Shown: positions 27,557 through 37,854 of the stretch, one piece after another
How positions within the stretch are numbered: position 1 is the stretch's first letter
Layout of the letters: each line of letters begins with the position of its first letter
From: Candidatus Bathyarchaeota archaeon
Lineage (GTDB): Archaea > Thermoproteota > Bathyarchaeia > Bathyarchaeales > Bathycorpusculaceae
Reading direction: 5' to 3'
Length of the DNA: 64,000 bases
NCBI GenBank assembly: GCA_963715865.1
Contig: OY970280.1
Coordinates: 1,472,001-1,536,000 of the forward strand
Notes under the pieces: model-generated
The model's input: the letters and a program-made list of their open reading frames with translations, nothing else
Told to the model about the DNA's origin: nothing
Databases searched by the model: none
Program-made: the position numbers and the translations under genes

Positions 27557-30500
27557 TTATGCCTTCTCCTTGAGTCTCAATTTAGGTGTAATACACAAGC
27601 TTTGAAGCTCCTGCAACAGAAGCTTGAAAGCGTACGAGACGATTACGGGTGAAATCTTTGCTTTTTCATCACATATTCTGCAGACGTAGCGTCTTTGTTT
27701 CATGTCGAAGTAAGCGATTTGGCCACAGTTCTCGCATATGTAGAGCGTGTACTTGTCTGATTCTTCCAGCAATCTGTCTCTGAGCAGCATGGCAGCGCCG
27801 TGACCGATGAGGCAGTCTCGCTCCATTTCTCCGAATCTGAGACCGCCGCCTCTGGCTCTGCCCTCAGTGGGTTGCCTTGTTAACATCTGAACTTGACCGC
27901 GAGCTCTTGCGTGTATTTTGTCAGCAACCATGTGATGAAGTTTCTGGTAGTAGACTATGCCGACGAAGATGTCTGTGACGAACTTCTCGCCTGTAGTGCC
28001 GTTGTAGAAGACTTCGCTTCCAGTGTGGCTGAAGCCGAGTTTTACAAGGCTCTTGCGTATTTCATCAGGACCTTCGTTGGAGAATGGTGTGCCGTCTGCG
28101 GGTTTGCCTCTTGCCGCTGCAGCTTTTCCAGCGAGAGATTCGATGAATTGACCGATGGTCATTCTTGAGGGTATAGCGTGAGGGTTGATTATTATGTCCG
28201 GCACGATGCCTTCTTCAGTGAACGGCATGTCTTCTTGCGGCACGATTAAGCCTATTACTCCTTTTTGTCCGTGGCGTGAAGCAAATTTGTCGCCAAGTTC
28301 TGGAACTCGCTGGTCGCGGACTCTTACTTTGACAAGTTGGCTGCCTTCGCCTGATGCGGTTATGAATATTCCGTCCACGATGCCTGTTTCTGAAGGACGC
28401 ATGTCAACTGAAGTGTCACGCATTGATGGACCTTTCACTTCAAATTCTTTGTATTCTTCCAGGAATCTGGGTGGACTAATTCTTCCGATTAAAACGTCTC
28501 CGCCGACAACTTGTGATTCTAAACTGATAATTCCGTCAGGTTCCAAAAGCCTGTAATATTGTTCGCCGCGGTAACCGCGGGTTCCTGGTTCTGGAACGGT
28601 GAACTTGTCTTTTAATCCACCTAGGTACTGTCGGCATTCAGCTTCATAAATTCGGTAGAATGTGGATCTGGATAAGCCACGTTCTATGGATGCTTTGTTG
28701 AAGATTAAGGCGTCTTCCATGTTGTAGCCTTCGAAGCTGAGCACGGCGACGACGCAGTTTTGTCCTGTGGGGCGTTGCTTGTAACCCATGACTTCCATTA
28801 GTTCCGTTTCAACCATTGGCACTTGCGGGTAGTGTAGTATGTGTGAGCGTGAGTCGACTCGGTGGTGGAAGTTGGTGCAATAAACGCCCAGCGCTTGTTT
28901 AGCCATAGCCGCTTGGTATGAGTTACGAGGCGACTGGTTGTGTTCTGGATACGGGATTGTTGAAGCGCAAATTCCAAGAATCGTGTAAGTGGCTATTTCC
29001 ACATGAGTGTTTTGAGGGTTAATGGCGTCAAATGATAAGGCGATGTATGCGTTTTCTTCTTCTTCAGCGTCCAAATACTCAACTAAACCATTCTTGACTA
29101 CGTCTTCCCAAGTCCACTCGCCTAAACCGATCTTTTCAAAATGTTTAGACTGAAGTTTTGGAACTCCATTCTCAACAATTATGAGTGGGCGCCTAACTCT
29201 GCCTTCGTCGCAGTTAGCATGCACTTCTTCGGTTTCAGTTTGCTTTTTTGAGAAGTATGTTATGTTTACTTCGGTTGAGATTTCTCCAGCTCTTCTTTTC
29301 TCTCGGAAAGACTTCACCATTTCCAGCGGGTTATTGCCGTAGCCAATGATGTTTCCGTCAACGAAAACTTTGGCTCCTGAAATACGTAAATCGCGGCTGG
29401 CTTCTGATGCTGGAACAGTGCCCATTTCAAAAAGTAATTGCTTAACTCTATCAGGATTTACGCCAACGGCGATGGAAGCTGAAAGTGCTAAGTTTTTGAC
29501 TAAGCCACAGTTAGAGCCTTCCGGAGTCTCGTTAGGACACAAGCGTCCCCAATGGGTTGGGTGTAAGTCTCTGGCTTCGAAGTTAGGTTGGCTTCTGCTT
29601 AATGGCGACTGAAGCCTACGCAAGTGGCTTAGGGTTGAAATGTAGTTTGTTCGGTCTAAAAGCTGAGTGATGCCGACTCTGCCTCTTCCCCAGTTGCCAG
29701 TTGCCAACGCATGCTGAAAACGTTCAGTTATTATGCCTGGGCGAACTGCGGCTGAAACGTTTATGATTGGCCCTTTAACGCCTATGCGTTCAAGTTGGTA
29801 TTTTATGTCTCTTGTTAAGTTTCTGAATGATACACGGAAGAGGTCTGCGAGAAGTGGACCACCAAGACGCAAACGTTTGTTCTTGAAATGATCTTTGTCG
29901 TCAGGTTGCCTTCTACCCGTTTTCAGCTGTAAAACTCTGTAAGCCATTTCGCCGAGGAAAATTGCTTTTTCCTTGCGGTTTTTTTCACTTCTGCCTAAGT
30001 GTGGCAAGAAGTTCTTGTCAAGTGCTGTCTCGGCTTTTTGTAGGCGGTACTCTTCAACTTGTCCATGGGCTACACGGTTCCCAATGAATAGGATTGCGTC
30101 AGCAGGTGAGTCTACACCTATGGCTTTTTCAAATGAAGCGGCTAATTGGGTTTGCATTTCGCTGTCAAGTGAGACGGATTCTGCAATGTCTTTGTCTTTT
30201 TCCAAGCTCAGCGCGCGCATTATGACGACAAATGGGATTTCTGTTGGCACTCCTGGCATGGTGACGTAGATGGCGTCGTCTGATTTGAGTTTGAGTTCAA
30301 TTCTTGCCCTGAAGCCTACGGTGGTTGAGAAAATTTTTGCTTGATAAACTGGCGAGGTTCCTTTCTCGTCTATGTCTACTATTACACGGTTAGGTGCCAA
30401 GTCTTCCATGGCAACAATGACTCGTTCAGAACCGTTAACAATAAAGTATCCGCCTTGGTCATCAGGGTCTTCTCCTGCAACAATAAGTTCTTCCTTTGAA

Positions 30501-30922
30501 AGCTGGGATAGGAAACATAGTTTTGATTTAAGCATAACAGGGATGTTTCCAATAAAAACGAGTTCAGTGTCCTGTTCCCGTCCATCGATGACAGGCGTCA
30601 TTTCCAAAGCTATGGGTGCCGAGTACGCTAAATTGCGCAGTCGGGCTTCCATTGGGTAAATTTCATGCTTTGTACCGTCCACTTCAGTTACATATGGTCC
30701 GGTTATTCTTGATTGGGGGTCGATTACCCAGATTTGTCCGAGTTTCACTTTGTATGGGCTTTCTGGAACTTCAATGGGGATTTCTGCAACTTCATCAACT
30801 ACTTCTTGTAAGCCATGATCAATGAATTCATTGTAACTGTCAAGGTGTTGGCGTACTAGGCCTTTTTCATTGAAAAAAGTTTTCAATAAATGATGGATAT
30901 CTTCTTTTTGTATAACGGTCAA
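27557..30922 (-). CDS. rpoB: RNA polymerase subunit B (unsplit)
   Basis: GYFIVNGSERV, ETPEGSNCGLVKNL, GDKFASRHGQKG, GLRFGEMERD. Confidence 0.97.
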   Translation of the reverse strand: MTVIQKEDIHHLLKTFFNEKGLVRQHLDSYNEFIDHGLQEVVDEVAEIPIEVPESPYKVKLGQIWVIDPQSRITGPYVTEVDGTKHEIYPMEARLRNLAYSAPIALEMTPVIDGREQDTELVFIGNIPVMLKSKLCFLSQLSKEELIVAGEDPDDQGGYFIVNGSERVIVAMEDLAPNRVIVDIDEKGTSPVYQAKIFSTTVGFRARIELKLKSDDAIYVTMPGVPTEIPFVVIMRALSLEKDKDIAESVSLDSEMQTQLAASFEKAIGVDSPADAILFIGNRVAHGQVEEYRLQKAETALDKNFLPHLGRSEKNRKEKAIFLGEMAYRVLQLKTGRRQPDDKDHFKNKRLRLGGPLLADLFRVSFRNLTRDIKYQLERIGVKGPIINVSAAVRPGIITERFQHALATGNWGRGRVGITQLLDRTNYISTLSHLRRLQSPLSRSQPNFEARDLHPTHWGRLCPNETPEGSNCGLVKNLALSASIAVGVNPDRVKQLLFEMGTVPASEASRDLRISGAKVFVDGNIIGYGNNPLEMVKSFREKRRAGEISTEVNITYFSKKQTETEEVHANCDEGRVRRPLIIVENGVPKLQSKHFEKIGLGEWTWEDVVKNGLVEYLDAEEEENAYIALSFDAINPQNTHVEIATYTILGICASTIPYPEHNQSPRNSYQAAMAKQALGVYCTNFHHRVDSRSHILHYPQVPMVETELMEVMGYKQRPTGQNCVVAVLSFEGYNMEDALIFNKASIERGLSRSTFYRIYEAECRQYLGGLKDKFTVPEPGTRGYRGEQYYRLLEPDGIISLESQVVGGDVLIGRISPPRFLEEYKEFEVKGPSMRDTSVDMRPSETGIVDGIFITASGEGSQLVKVRVRDQRVPELGDKFASRHGQKGVIGLIVPQEDMPFTEEGIVPDIIINPHAIPSRMTIGQFIESLAGKAAAARGKPADGTPFSNEGPDEIRKSLVKLGFSHTGSEVFYNGTTGEKFVTDIFVGIVYYQKLHHMVADKIHARARGQVQMLTRQPTEGRARGGGLRFGEMERDCLIGHGAAMLLRDRLLEESDKYTLYICENCGQIAYFDMKQRRYVCRICDEKAKISPVIVSYAFKLLLQELQSLCITPKLRLKEKA

Positions 30923-31626
30923 TTTTTCAGTTCTCCTTCTCCATAAATTTTAGGTGACGATATTTGTGATTTGTTAAGCTTGTTCCTTTCAAACTTTCGA
31001 CTCCTTTTATACTGGATCATCATCCAAATTGAAAAAGGGTTCTCCTAACTTTTCTAAGAGCACAAACACATGCTACATAGCTTGCTAATAAACTTTGTTA
31101 TCCATATTGCTTCTAAATTGAGGTCTGCTAAACTTTCATAGAGTCACTGCTTAGAAAAATCTTTTCATGGATGCGTTGCATGAAGCAAAACCTAAAACAC
31201 CACAAAAAAACCGCTGTAACCTGCAAATAGCATACCACTCGGTTTAACTAAGCTTAAGAAACATGAGAAAACGCTTTTTCACTAAACAAACGCTGGAAGT
31301 TTAACCTTTTCCCGTTTTAGATTCGCCGTTTTCTGTGAGGTTAGATTGAAAAATGTAACTTGAAAAGAAAAATATTTTTTAGACTTTAGCGTTATTTTCA
31401 AGCTTCTTTTAACCAACAGAGATTGCCTTGATTGTTCTTTCCCGTCACGCATATACATTGTTACTAGTCACGCACGTTCATAGTTATATGTCAACGTATG
31501 CTGCACATGGATTAATGCATCCTTCAGAAAAAAGTAGCAAATGGATAGGAACTTAATTGATTGTTGAGTAATAAAAATTTATTTTTGGCAATTACTATAA
31601 TAGTAAACAAAATTAAGGCGATAAAA

Positions 31627-31954
31627 ATGCAACTACATCGTAAAGATTCCAAAGATGCAGAAGAATACGCCGCCAGAGGACCATTCGCAAGCATATTTGG
31701 CGGACCAGCGGCGCGCCTGCTCGACCAAGCCCTAATCGTTGGAAACATGGAACAAACCATAACTATTTTGGCAGAATCAACAAACCTGTCCTACAAGACA
31801 ACCAAAACAGCACTTGAGAAACTTAAAAATAGGCTTTGTTGCCCAGACAAGAAAAATAGGAAACGCCCAAGCATACAAATTCCTCATCGAAAACCACCTC
31901 AGCGGATTACTGGCATGCGGCGCAGAATTCCAACGAAACCGAACAGACATCTAA
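31627..31954 (+). CDS. Small winged-helix protein, frameshifted at A-run 31825-31829
   Basis: GPFASIFGGPAARLLD...LAESTNLSYKTTKTALEKL continues as KIGFVAQTRKIGNAQAYKF (wing) only after a frame change in the A5 run. Confidence 0.6.
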
Positions 31955-31979
31955 AAAATTGGGAATCTTAACTTTGCTT

Positions 31980-32870
31980 TTAGCGTTTGATTATCTGCAC
32001 GTCAGTCGCCATATTGACTTTGCTATTGCCTATTTTTTTGCTTATGATCGGTAGCAGGTTTTGGTCTGTCTCATACCCGATGCTGTTACGTTCGTTTTGC
32101 ATGGCTACTTTTGCCGTTGTCCCTGAGCCAAGGAACGGGTCTAGTACGATGTCACTTTTGATGCTGAACATTTTGATAAGGCGGTTGGCAATTTCGTCTG
32201 GGTAGGCTGCGGTTCTTCTCTCAAGCTGGCTTGCGGTTTGGCGTGTTCCCTTCAGAGCCCAGATTTGGCTGAACCACTCGTCACGCTGATGCTTTGTGAA
32301 GGCGCTGTCGTAACGTTTTGGGTCGTGGGGTTGGAATTTGCGGAGGTTGCCTTTTCTGAAAAGCAGGATGAATTCGCAGTCGAGAGTGACGTAGGCGTTT
32401 GGGGGGAGGAAGCCGGAGCCTAGAAAAGCGCCTTTTCCCTTGTATTTTGGTTTTGTCGTGGGTTTCTTCCATAAAATGTAGGGCAGTGTGGTGAAGCCGA
32501 TTTTTTCGCAAATCTCCGTTATCCTAGAGTGGTTGGGGTAAAGCTGGAATTTGCCGTTTACTGTTCGTGTTGCGTCTCCGATGTTTATGCATGCTATGCC
32601 GCCGTCAGCGAGGACTCGGAAGGTTTCCTGCCAAACCTTAGCCAAATAATCATGCATGGCATCGTAGATTTGCGTCACGGTTTCTTCTTGGCAGTCTGCG
32701 TTCAGCTTTTGCCATAGCTCTGCTATTTTTGGGTCTGCTTTGGCGAAAAGAGCGTCCCACATTTTTATCATGGGGTAAGGAGGCGAAGTCACCATTAATT
32801 GGACGCTGCCGTCGGCGAGTTCGGGCATTTGTTGGCTGTTGCCAAGTATTATTTTGTGCTGGGTTAGCAT
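31980..32870 (-). CDS. Site-specific DNA methyltransferase (N4-C/N6-A, beta motif order), orphan
   Basis: VTSPPY (motif IV) precedes DPFLGSGTT (motif I); no endonuclease neighbour. Confidence 0.9.
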   Translation of the reverse strand: MLTQHKIILGNSQQMPELADGSVQLMVTSPPYPMIKMWDALFAKADPKIAELWQKLNADCQEETVTQIYDAMHDYLAKVWQETFRVLADGGIACINIGDATRTVNGKFQLYPNHSRITEICEKIGFTTLPYILWKKPTTKPKYKGKGAFLGSGFLPPNAYVTLDCEFILLFRKGNLRKFQPHDPKRYDSAFTKHQRDEWFSQIWALKGTRQTASQLERRTAAYPDEIANRLIKMFSIKSDIVLDPFLGSGTTAKVAMQNERNSIGYETDQNLLPIISKKIGNSKVNMATDVQIIKR

Positions 32871-33006
32871 GCGTGTTCCTTTATGTATCGTTGAAGCAGC
32901 GTTTTTACTTTTGCGGTGTACCGGGAAACGATTAATGAGCTAGAATCAAATAATGGGCAAACCCAAAATAACTCAGCCGAGTTTAATCTAACTAAAGGCG
33001 AAACGA

Positions 33007-34794
33007 ATGACTAACACGGAACAGGAAGTTACCTGGGACCTGACGGAGCTTTTCCCCAGTATCAACGACGCTTCCGTCGAAAAAGCAATTGATGAAACAA
33101 AAGTTTTGGCGGACGTTTTCGAGAAGGCATACCGAGGAAAAATAGCCGTCCTTGACCCAGCCAATCTGCTACGGTGCCTCCGAGAACTGGAGACTTTCGA
33201 AGCTAAGCTGGGCGACATATCGCTTTTTGCAGACCTGTCTTTCTCAGCTAACATGACGCTGCCCCAGACGCAGGCGCTCTACGACAAGGTAAGCAAGCTT
33301 GAGGCACAACTGGGTAAGCAGCTAGCTTTCTTTTCGCTGGAGTTGGGCGCACTCGTGAAAGCCAAGCCCGAACTGATTGCGGAGACAGCATTGGCTGGGT
33401 ACCGGCATATGCTGGAGCGTATGCAACGGCGCGTAGCCCACCAGCTGACGGAAGTGGAGGAGCAGCTCATCATCGAAAAGGATCAGTTCGGCGTCCAAGC
33501 TTGGGAGGAACTACAGAGCAAATGGCTCAACACCTGCATGTTCGACGTTGTTGTCCTGGGCGAAAAAAAGACGCTTAGTTACGGCGAAGCCAACGGGTTA
33601 ATGCCTCACCCCGATAGAGCAACAAGGGAATCCGCGAACCGCGCGATTTACAGCTTGCTTGGCAGAGACGGCGAAATCTTCGCTTCAGCCCTTCGCAGTA
33701 TCTGTAACGACTGGGTCACCGTTTCCCAGCGCAGAAAATACGCATCGCCTATGGAGTCAAGCCTCATAAGCAATGATACCGAACAGGCAATAGTTGACAA
33801 TCTGCTACGGGCAATAGAGGACAACGCGGACACATATCGCCGCTATCTCAAACTCAAAGCTAAACTGATGGGACTGCCGTTGCTTGGTAACCATGACATC
33901 GTTGCACCCTTGCCTCATGCGCCGGAACAAAAGTTTACGTTTGAGAAAGCCAAAAGCCTGATTACGAGGGCGTACAGCCGCTTCTACCCTGAATACGCAA
34001 CTGCAGTCAAAGACATGTTTGCCAGACGACACATCGACGCTTCACCCAGGTTTGGCAAGCGAAACGGAGCCTTCAATGCTGACTGGTACACCGGCAAATC
34101 TGCTTTCATACTTCAAAGCTTCACTGGGTCGCTGAACGACGTTTATACATTGGCGCATGAACTTGGACATTCCACACATGACTATTACGCTTCACGGAAG
34201 CAGCCCCTGATGAACATGACCATCCCAGCCATAGTGGGTGAGACAGGATCTATCTTCGGCGAACTTCTCCTAACAGACCTCCTTCTAAGCGAAACAAAAT
34301 CGGATGAAGAACGAACAGCAGTATTATGTCTAGTTCTGGATGAGGCAGGAATGACGACTTTCCAAGTAACCGCTCGTGTTTGGTTCGAGCAGGCACTTTA
34401 CGCGTCAATTCAGCAAGGCGAATATCTGGATTACAAGACCATCTGCAGGCACTGGACCAAAGCGCGGGACCGCATCTACGGCGACGCAGTCACGTGGTTC
34501 CCTGAAATGGAAGCCGAATGGACCATGAAACCGCACTATTACATGGCGAACTACCGCTTCTACAACTATCCTTATGTTTACGCCCAAATGTTCGTATATG
34601 CCCTGTACGAACGATACCTGCAGGAGGGCAAGGCGTTTGTGCCTAAGCTGGAGAAGGCGTTATCAGCCGGCAGCAGCGTGTCGCCGCTGGAAATCGGCAA
34701 AATCGTCGGCTTAGATGTGGCAGCACCTGACTTCTGGAAAGGCGGCTTAAAGGTGTTTGAACGCTTCTTAGTTGACTTGGAAAAAATCGTCTGA
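33007..34794 (+). CDS. pepF: Oligoendopeptidase F (M3B)
   Basis: WDLTELF, TLAHELGH zincin motif, PHYYMANYRFYNYPY. Confidence 0.9.
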   Translation: MTNTEQEVTWDLTELFPSINDASVEKAIDETKVLADVFEKAYRGKIAVLDPANLLRCLRELETFEAKLGDISLFADLSFSANMTLPQTQALYDKVSKLEAQLGKQLAFFSLELGALVKAKPELIAETALAGYRHMLERMQRRVAHQLTEVEEQLIIEKDQFGVQAWEELQSKWLNTCMFDVVVLGEKKTLSYGEANGLMPHPDRATRESANRAIYSLLGRDGEIFASALRSICNDWVTVSQRRKYASPMESSLISNDTEQAIVDNLLRAIEDNADTYRRYLKLKAKLMGLPLLGNHDIVAPLPHAPEQKFTFEKAKSLITRAYSRFYPEYATAVKDMFARRHIDASPRFGKRNGAFNADWYTGKSAFILQSFTGSLNDVYTLAHELGHSTHDYYASRKQPLMNMTIPAIVGETGSIFGELLLTDLLLSETKSDEERTAVLCLVLDEAGMTTFQVTARVWFEQALYASIQQGEYLDYKTICRHWTKARDRIYGDAVTWFPEMEAEWTMKPHYYMANYRFYNYPYVYAQMFVYALYERYLQEGKAFVPKLEKALSAGSSVSPLEIGKIVGLDVAAPDFWKGGLKVFERFLVDLEKIV

Positions 34795-34862
34795 GGCTGA
34801 GTAAAGAATGGCAAATGATTAATAAGAAAGAAAACGGAAAAGTCTGTAGCCTGTAAATGTGT

Positions 34863-35018
34863 GCAGCGGTAACCAAGCCAGGTCAAAGGTGAAAGAGCGC
34901 GCATCGCAGTGCGTTCCACTAAGGACTCAAGATCAGATCGTTTGGCCTGTAATGGGCCTCTAGATGGGATATCCTTTCCCGTAGGGGTTCGCAGGTTCGA
35001 ATCCTGCCCGCTGCACCA
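34863..35018 (+). tRNA. tRNA-Leu(CAA) with two introns (28/29: 34894-34922; 37/38: 34932-34970), CCA encoded
   Basis: Acceptor GCAGCGG/CCGCTGC, spliced anticodon arm AAGGA-CTCAAGA-TCCTT, long variable arm, GGTTCGAATCC T-loop; both introns fold into bulge-helix-bulge. Confidence 0.88.
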
Positions 35019-35184
35019 AACAAAAACTCCAAAGATACGCTCGTTTTAAGCAGTTTTTCGCTATTTAGACGCTGTGAATATTGCTCTAATTCTGCGGTAT
35101 TTTGCAATTTTCACTATCTTCCGTTTCTGTGTTCGCAGAGCCCTCTCAGGTTATCGTCTTCCCACGTACGAGCAGACAATTTTG

Positions 35185-36066
35185 TCAGCTTGTAGAAGTT
35201 ATTTTTCCCAGCAGACCCATAAACCAGTCAGTTGCGTACCCTGCAAGAAAACACACTATTAATGGAACTACTAAGTTTGTCGCTGTTCCACTTTGGGTCG
35301 CAGTTTGAGTGACAGTTTGATTAGTGCCTATTTGAGTAATGGTAGTTGTAGTGATGGTTTGATTAACAGCTTGATTAAGTACAAACTGACCTTGAGATAT
35401 GTTGAGTAGCCCAGCCTGTATCAAGAGAAAAGCTATGAATCCAAAAGCAAAACTTACAGGAAGAATAACTACATACCATAATCTTTTGTAAGCAGTTATC
35501 ATGCAATCATCCTTGTAGTCTTTCACTACCCCTACAAAAATTTGAACAGAAGCCCCAATAACAGCTACCAAAGACGCCCAAACAGGCACAGCCATTATCG
35601 TTGAACCACCAAAGTATTTTATAGCGATAAAAGAGACAATCAGTCCTACGGCAGCAGTCAAAATGGGAACAATACCCCAAATAGATATTAAATAATTCCA
35701 CCGATATCGACGTCTTAACGCGCTGACTAATATACTCAGGTTGTTCTTGACTTTGATCAGACGATCTTGGGCATCAACCAAATCTTGTTTTTCTGAAAAA
35801 CTCTTATTGGCTGATATTAATTCTTCTTCGACCTCATCTGCCTTAAGCCCCTTCACTTTAACCTCGTTAACCTCGTTAACATGTTGTTTGTATGCTACGC
35901 TTAACTGGTTCTCCAGTCTTTTCATTTGCCCTTTTGTCTCAGCTTTTGTCCAAACCAGCCTATCATCAGGAAGCGCAAATTTTTCTTCTGCTGGTTTTTT
36001 GTCTTTCTCCTGAGAAGATGGAGAAATTGACTTTTTTTGAGCTGCCTTTTTTTCTTCGGCTGTCAT
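35185..36066 (-). CDS. Uncharacterised multi-pass membrane protein with charged N-terminal domain
   Basis: Lys/Glu-rich helical N-terminus, 4-5 TM segments, Thr-rich loop, C-terminal FLAGYATDWF; ORF track starts at 36078. Confidence 0.7.
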   Translation of the reverse strand: MTAEEKKAAQKKSISPSSQEKDKKPAEEKFALPDDRLVWTKAETKGQMKRLENQLSVAYKQHVNEVNEVKVKGLKADEVEEELISANKSFSEKQDLVDAQDRLIKVKNNLSILVSALRRRYRWNYLISIWGIVPILTAAVGLIVSFIAIKYFGGSTIMAVPVWASLVAVIGASVQIFVGVVKDYKDDCMITAYKRLWYVVILPVSFAFGFIAFLLIQAGLLNISQGQFVLNQAVNQTITTTTITQIGTNQTVTQTATQSGTATNLVVPLIVCFLAGYATDWFMGLLGKITSTS

Positions 36067-36301
36067 AAAAACCCACATTTCTTAGTCTTTAATTCAATTT
36101 ACCTTATAATTTTTGCTACTTGAGCGCTAAGCGCGCTTTCTATTTATGCAATAAGGTAAACGAAAACCTCGAGAAACCTTACTTTTAGGAGAATTCACAT
36201 TCTGCAAAGCCCAGTGCACAAAACGTAAATGCCCTTGACTCTAAGTTTTCGAAAACAAGATTAATTACATAATTGCATATTCTATTAATGAGGCGTGTTA
36301 G

Positions 36302-36511
36302 TTGACAGAAACCATCTCGATTCCCTTGCCTTTACTGAAAGAGCTCTATGAGCATTTTGACCGGATAGAAGAAATTCTAGCCACTCTTGAAGAGCTTTCT
36401 GACAAAAAAGGATTAAAAAGAATCGAAAAAAGCCTTGAAGAATACAAGAAAAAAGAATACATCACCGTATCAAGTCCTGAAAAAATAAGAGAAGCTCTCA
36501 TGTTGGCTTAA
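36302..36511 (+). CDS. Putative type II antitoxin-like protein (RelB-like C-terminus)
   Basis: LATLEELSDKKGLKRIEKSLEEYKK resembles archaeal antitoxin C-termini; no intact toxin downstream. Confidence 0.5.
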   Translation: MTETISIPLPLLKELYEHFDRIEEILATLEELSDKKGLKRIEKSLEEYKKKEYITVSSPEKIREALMLA

Positions 36512-36634
36512 GAAAATCAATTTACGAATAGCGGGCCTAAATTGGTTATACCCTGTCCGCTTTACCAAACACTCATCAGAAAAGTTAAGCGCTAGCCGAT
36601 TTTCTTTAGTCAGAGGTGTAGCTGTTATTTTCTG

Positions 36635-37438
36635 TTAGAAGCCTAAGAGCGCCAAAATTATCAGGGCAATTCCAAGGGCAAAGGTGTACAGAGCGAAGTA
36701 ATGGAACTTTTTGCTTAACACAAGCTTTTTCACAAGCACGATGGCTAAGTAGCCTGCAACCATCGCAAGCACCACAGCCACTAGAAGATTTAGTGGACTG
36801 ACGCCGACGCCTTGAGAAACCAAGCTTCCTCGCTCTAGGTAGGCTTCGACGCCTAAATCCCCTATTATGGCGGGAATGGAGAGCAAGAATGAGAACTTGA
36901 ACACCATTTCCCGCTTGACGCCTTGCAACAGACCAGTGGATATTGTTGAACCGCTTCTTGAAAGTCCTGGAAAACTCGCGGCTCCTTGAGTAGCGCCCAT
37001 GACAAGCGCCTTGCGGTATGAAACTTGAGCTTGGTTTTCTTTGCCGAATTTGGAGAAAAACAGTAGTGCGGCGCCGACTAGAAAAGTGATTCCCATAATT
37101 AGGAATGTTTGATAATTGTCCGCCAGAAACTTGTCGTAGAGTATGCCAATTATGCCAGTGGGGATTGAAGCAACCACGATTAAGGGGATAAATCGGCCGT
37201 ACTCTGAATGGAAATCCAGATGCACCAGTGCAGTGAGAATGACTTTGATGTCATGCCTAAAGTAGAATATTACAACCGCAAGCGTGCCAATGTGTAAAAA
37301 CACGTTAAAGAGCGGTGTTGCTTGAAAACCCAAGAAATACTCAGCAATTTTCAGATGAGCAGTGCTAGAGATAGGTAGCCACTCTGCTAAGCCTTGAATC
37401 AAACCGAGGATTATTGTTATGAGTAATTGGTCAATCAA
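36635..37438 (-). CDS. uppP: Undecaprenyl-diphosphate phosphatase family (BacA/UppP)
   Basis: QGLAEWLPISSTAH, LHIGT, PGLSRSGSTI, FSFLLSIP. Confidence 0.92.
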   Translation of the reverse strand: MIDQLLITIILGLIQGLAEWLPISSTAHLKIAEYFLGFQATPLFNVFLHIGTLAVVIFYFRHDIKVILTALVHLDFHSEYGRFIPLIVVASIPTGIIGILYDKFLADNYQTFLIMGITFLVGAALLFFSKFGKENQAQVSYRKALVMGATQGAASFPGLSRSGSTISTGLLQGVKREMVFKFSFLLSIPAIIGDLGVEAYLERGSLVSQGVGVSPLNLLVAVVLAMVAGYLAIVLVKKLVLSKKFHYFALYTFALGIALIILALLGF

Positions 37439-37645
37439 ACGCTGGGCACCTGCAAATGTTAATTATGGTTGCTAAGTTAACATATTCTTATTAATAGCTT
37501 TTCCAAAAATGTTACTTTCCGTGCCGAGATTGATGACATACAGGTTTTAGGGTTTTTATTGTTGGGTTGTTACAGTCACATAGCTTTAAAAATCATACAT
37601 CAACTAGAAAACTTGTTTTTCCATGAACTAAGTGGAGGTGGTATT

Positions 37646-37786
37646 TTGGAATCTAAAAAATCCAAAATTCCTGAGCCGAAAATGACACCTAAAGGCAAAT
37701 TCCGATGCACCGCTGATAATAAAGAATATGATACAAGAAAAGACTATGATGAACATTGCCGGGAAGAACATGCAGGCGGCTGGTAA
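37646..37786 (+). CDS. Small C2H2-like zinc-finger protein, 46 aa
   Basis: GGAGGTG RBS then TTG; F-R-C-x2-D-x12-H-x4-H. Confidence 0.55.
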   Translation: MESKKSKIPEPKMTPKGKFRCTADNKEYDTRKDYDEHCREEHAGGW

Positions 37787-37854
37787 AATAAACAATAAGA
37801 AAATGGAATAAAATTGAGCGGAGGGCTTGCCCTTTTTTGCTACTTGCTTTCTTT

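Noticed and set aside
30930-31560. Hidden rpoH or structured ncRNA upstream of rpoB
   Set aside because: No Rpo5-like peptide in any frame I read, and no convincing stable stem pattern
35019-36630. Integrated element at tRNA-Leu
   Set aside because: No second copy of the tRNA-Leu 3' end and no integrase noticed in the window
36540-36640. RelE toxin remnant after the antitoxin-like gene
   Set aside because: Only a faint YPVRFTKH resemblance with no start codon; too weak to call
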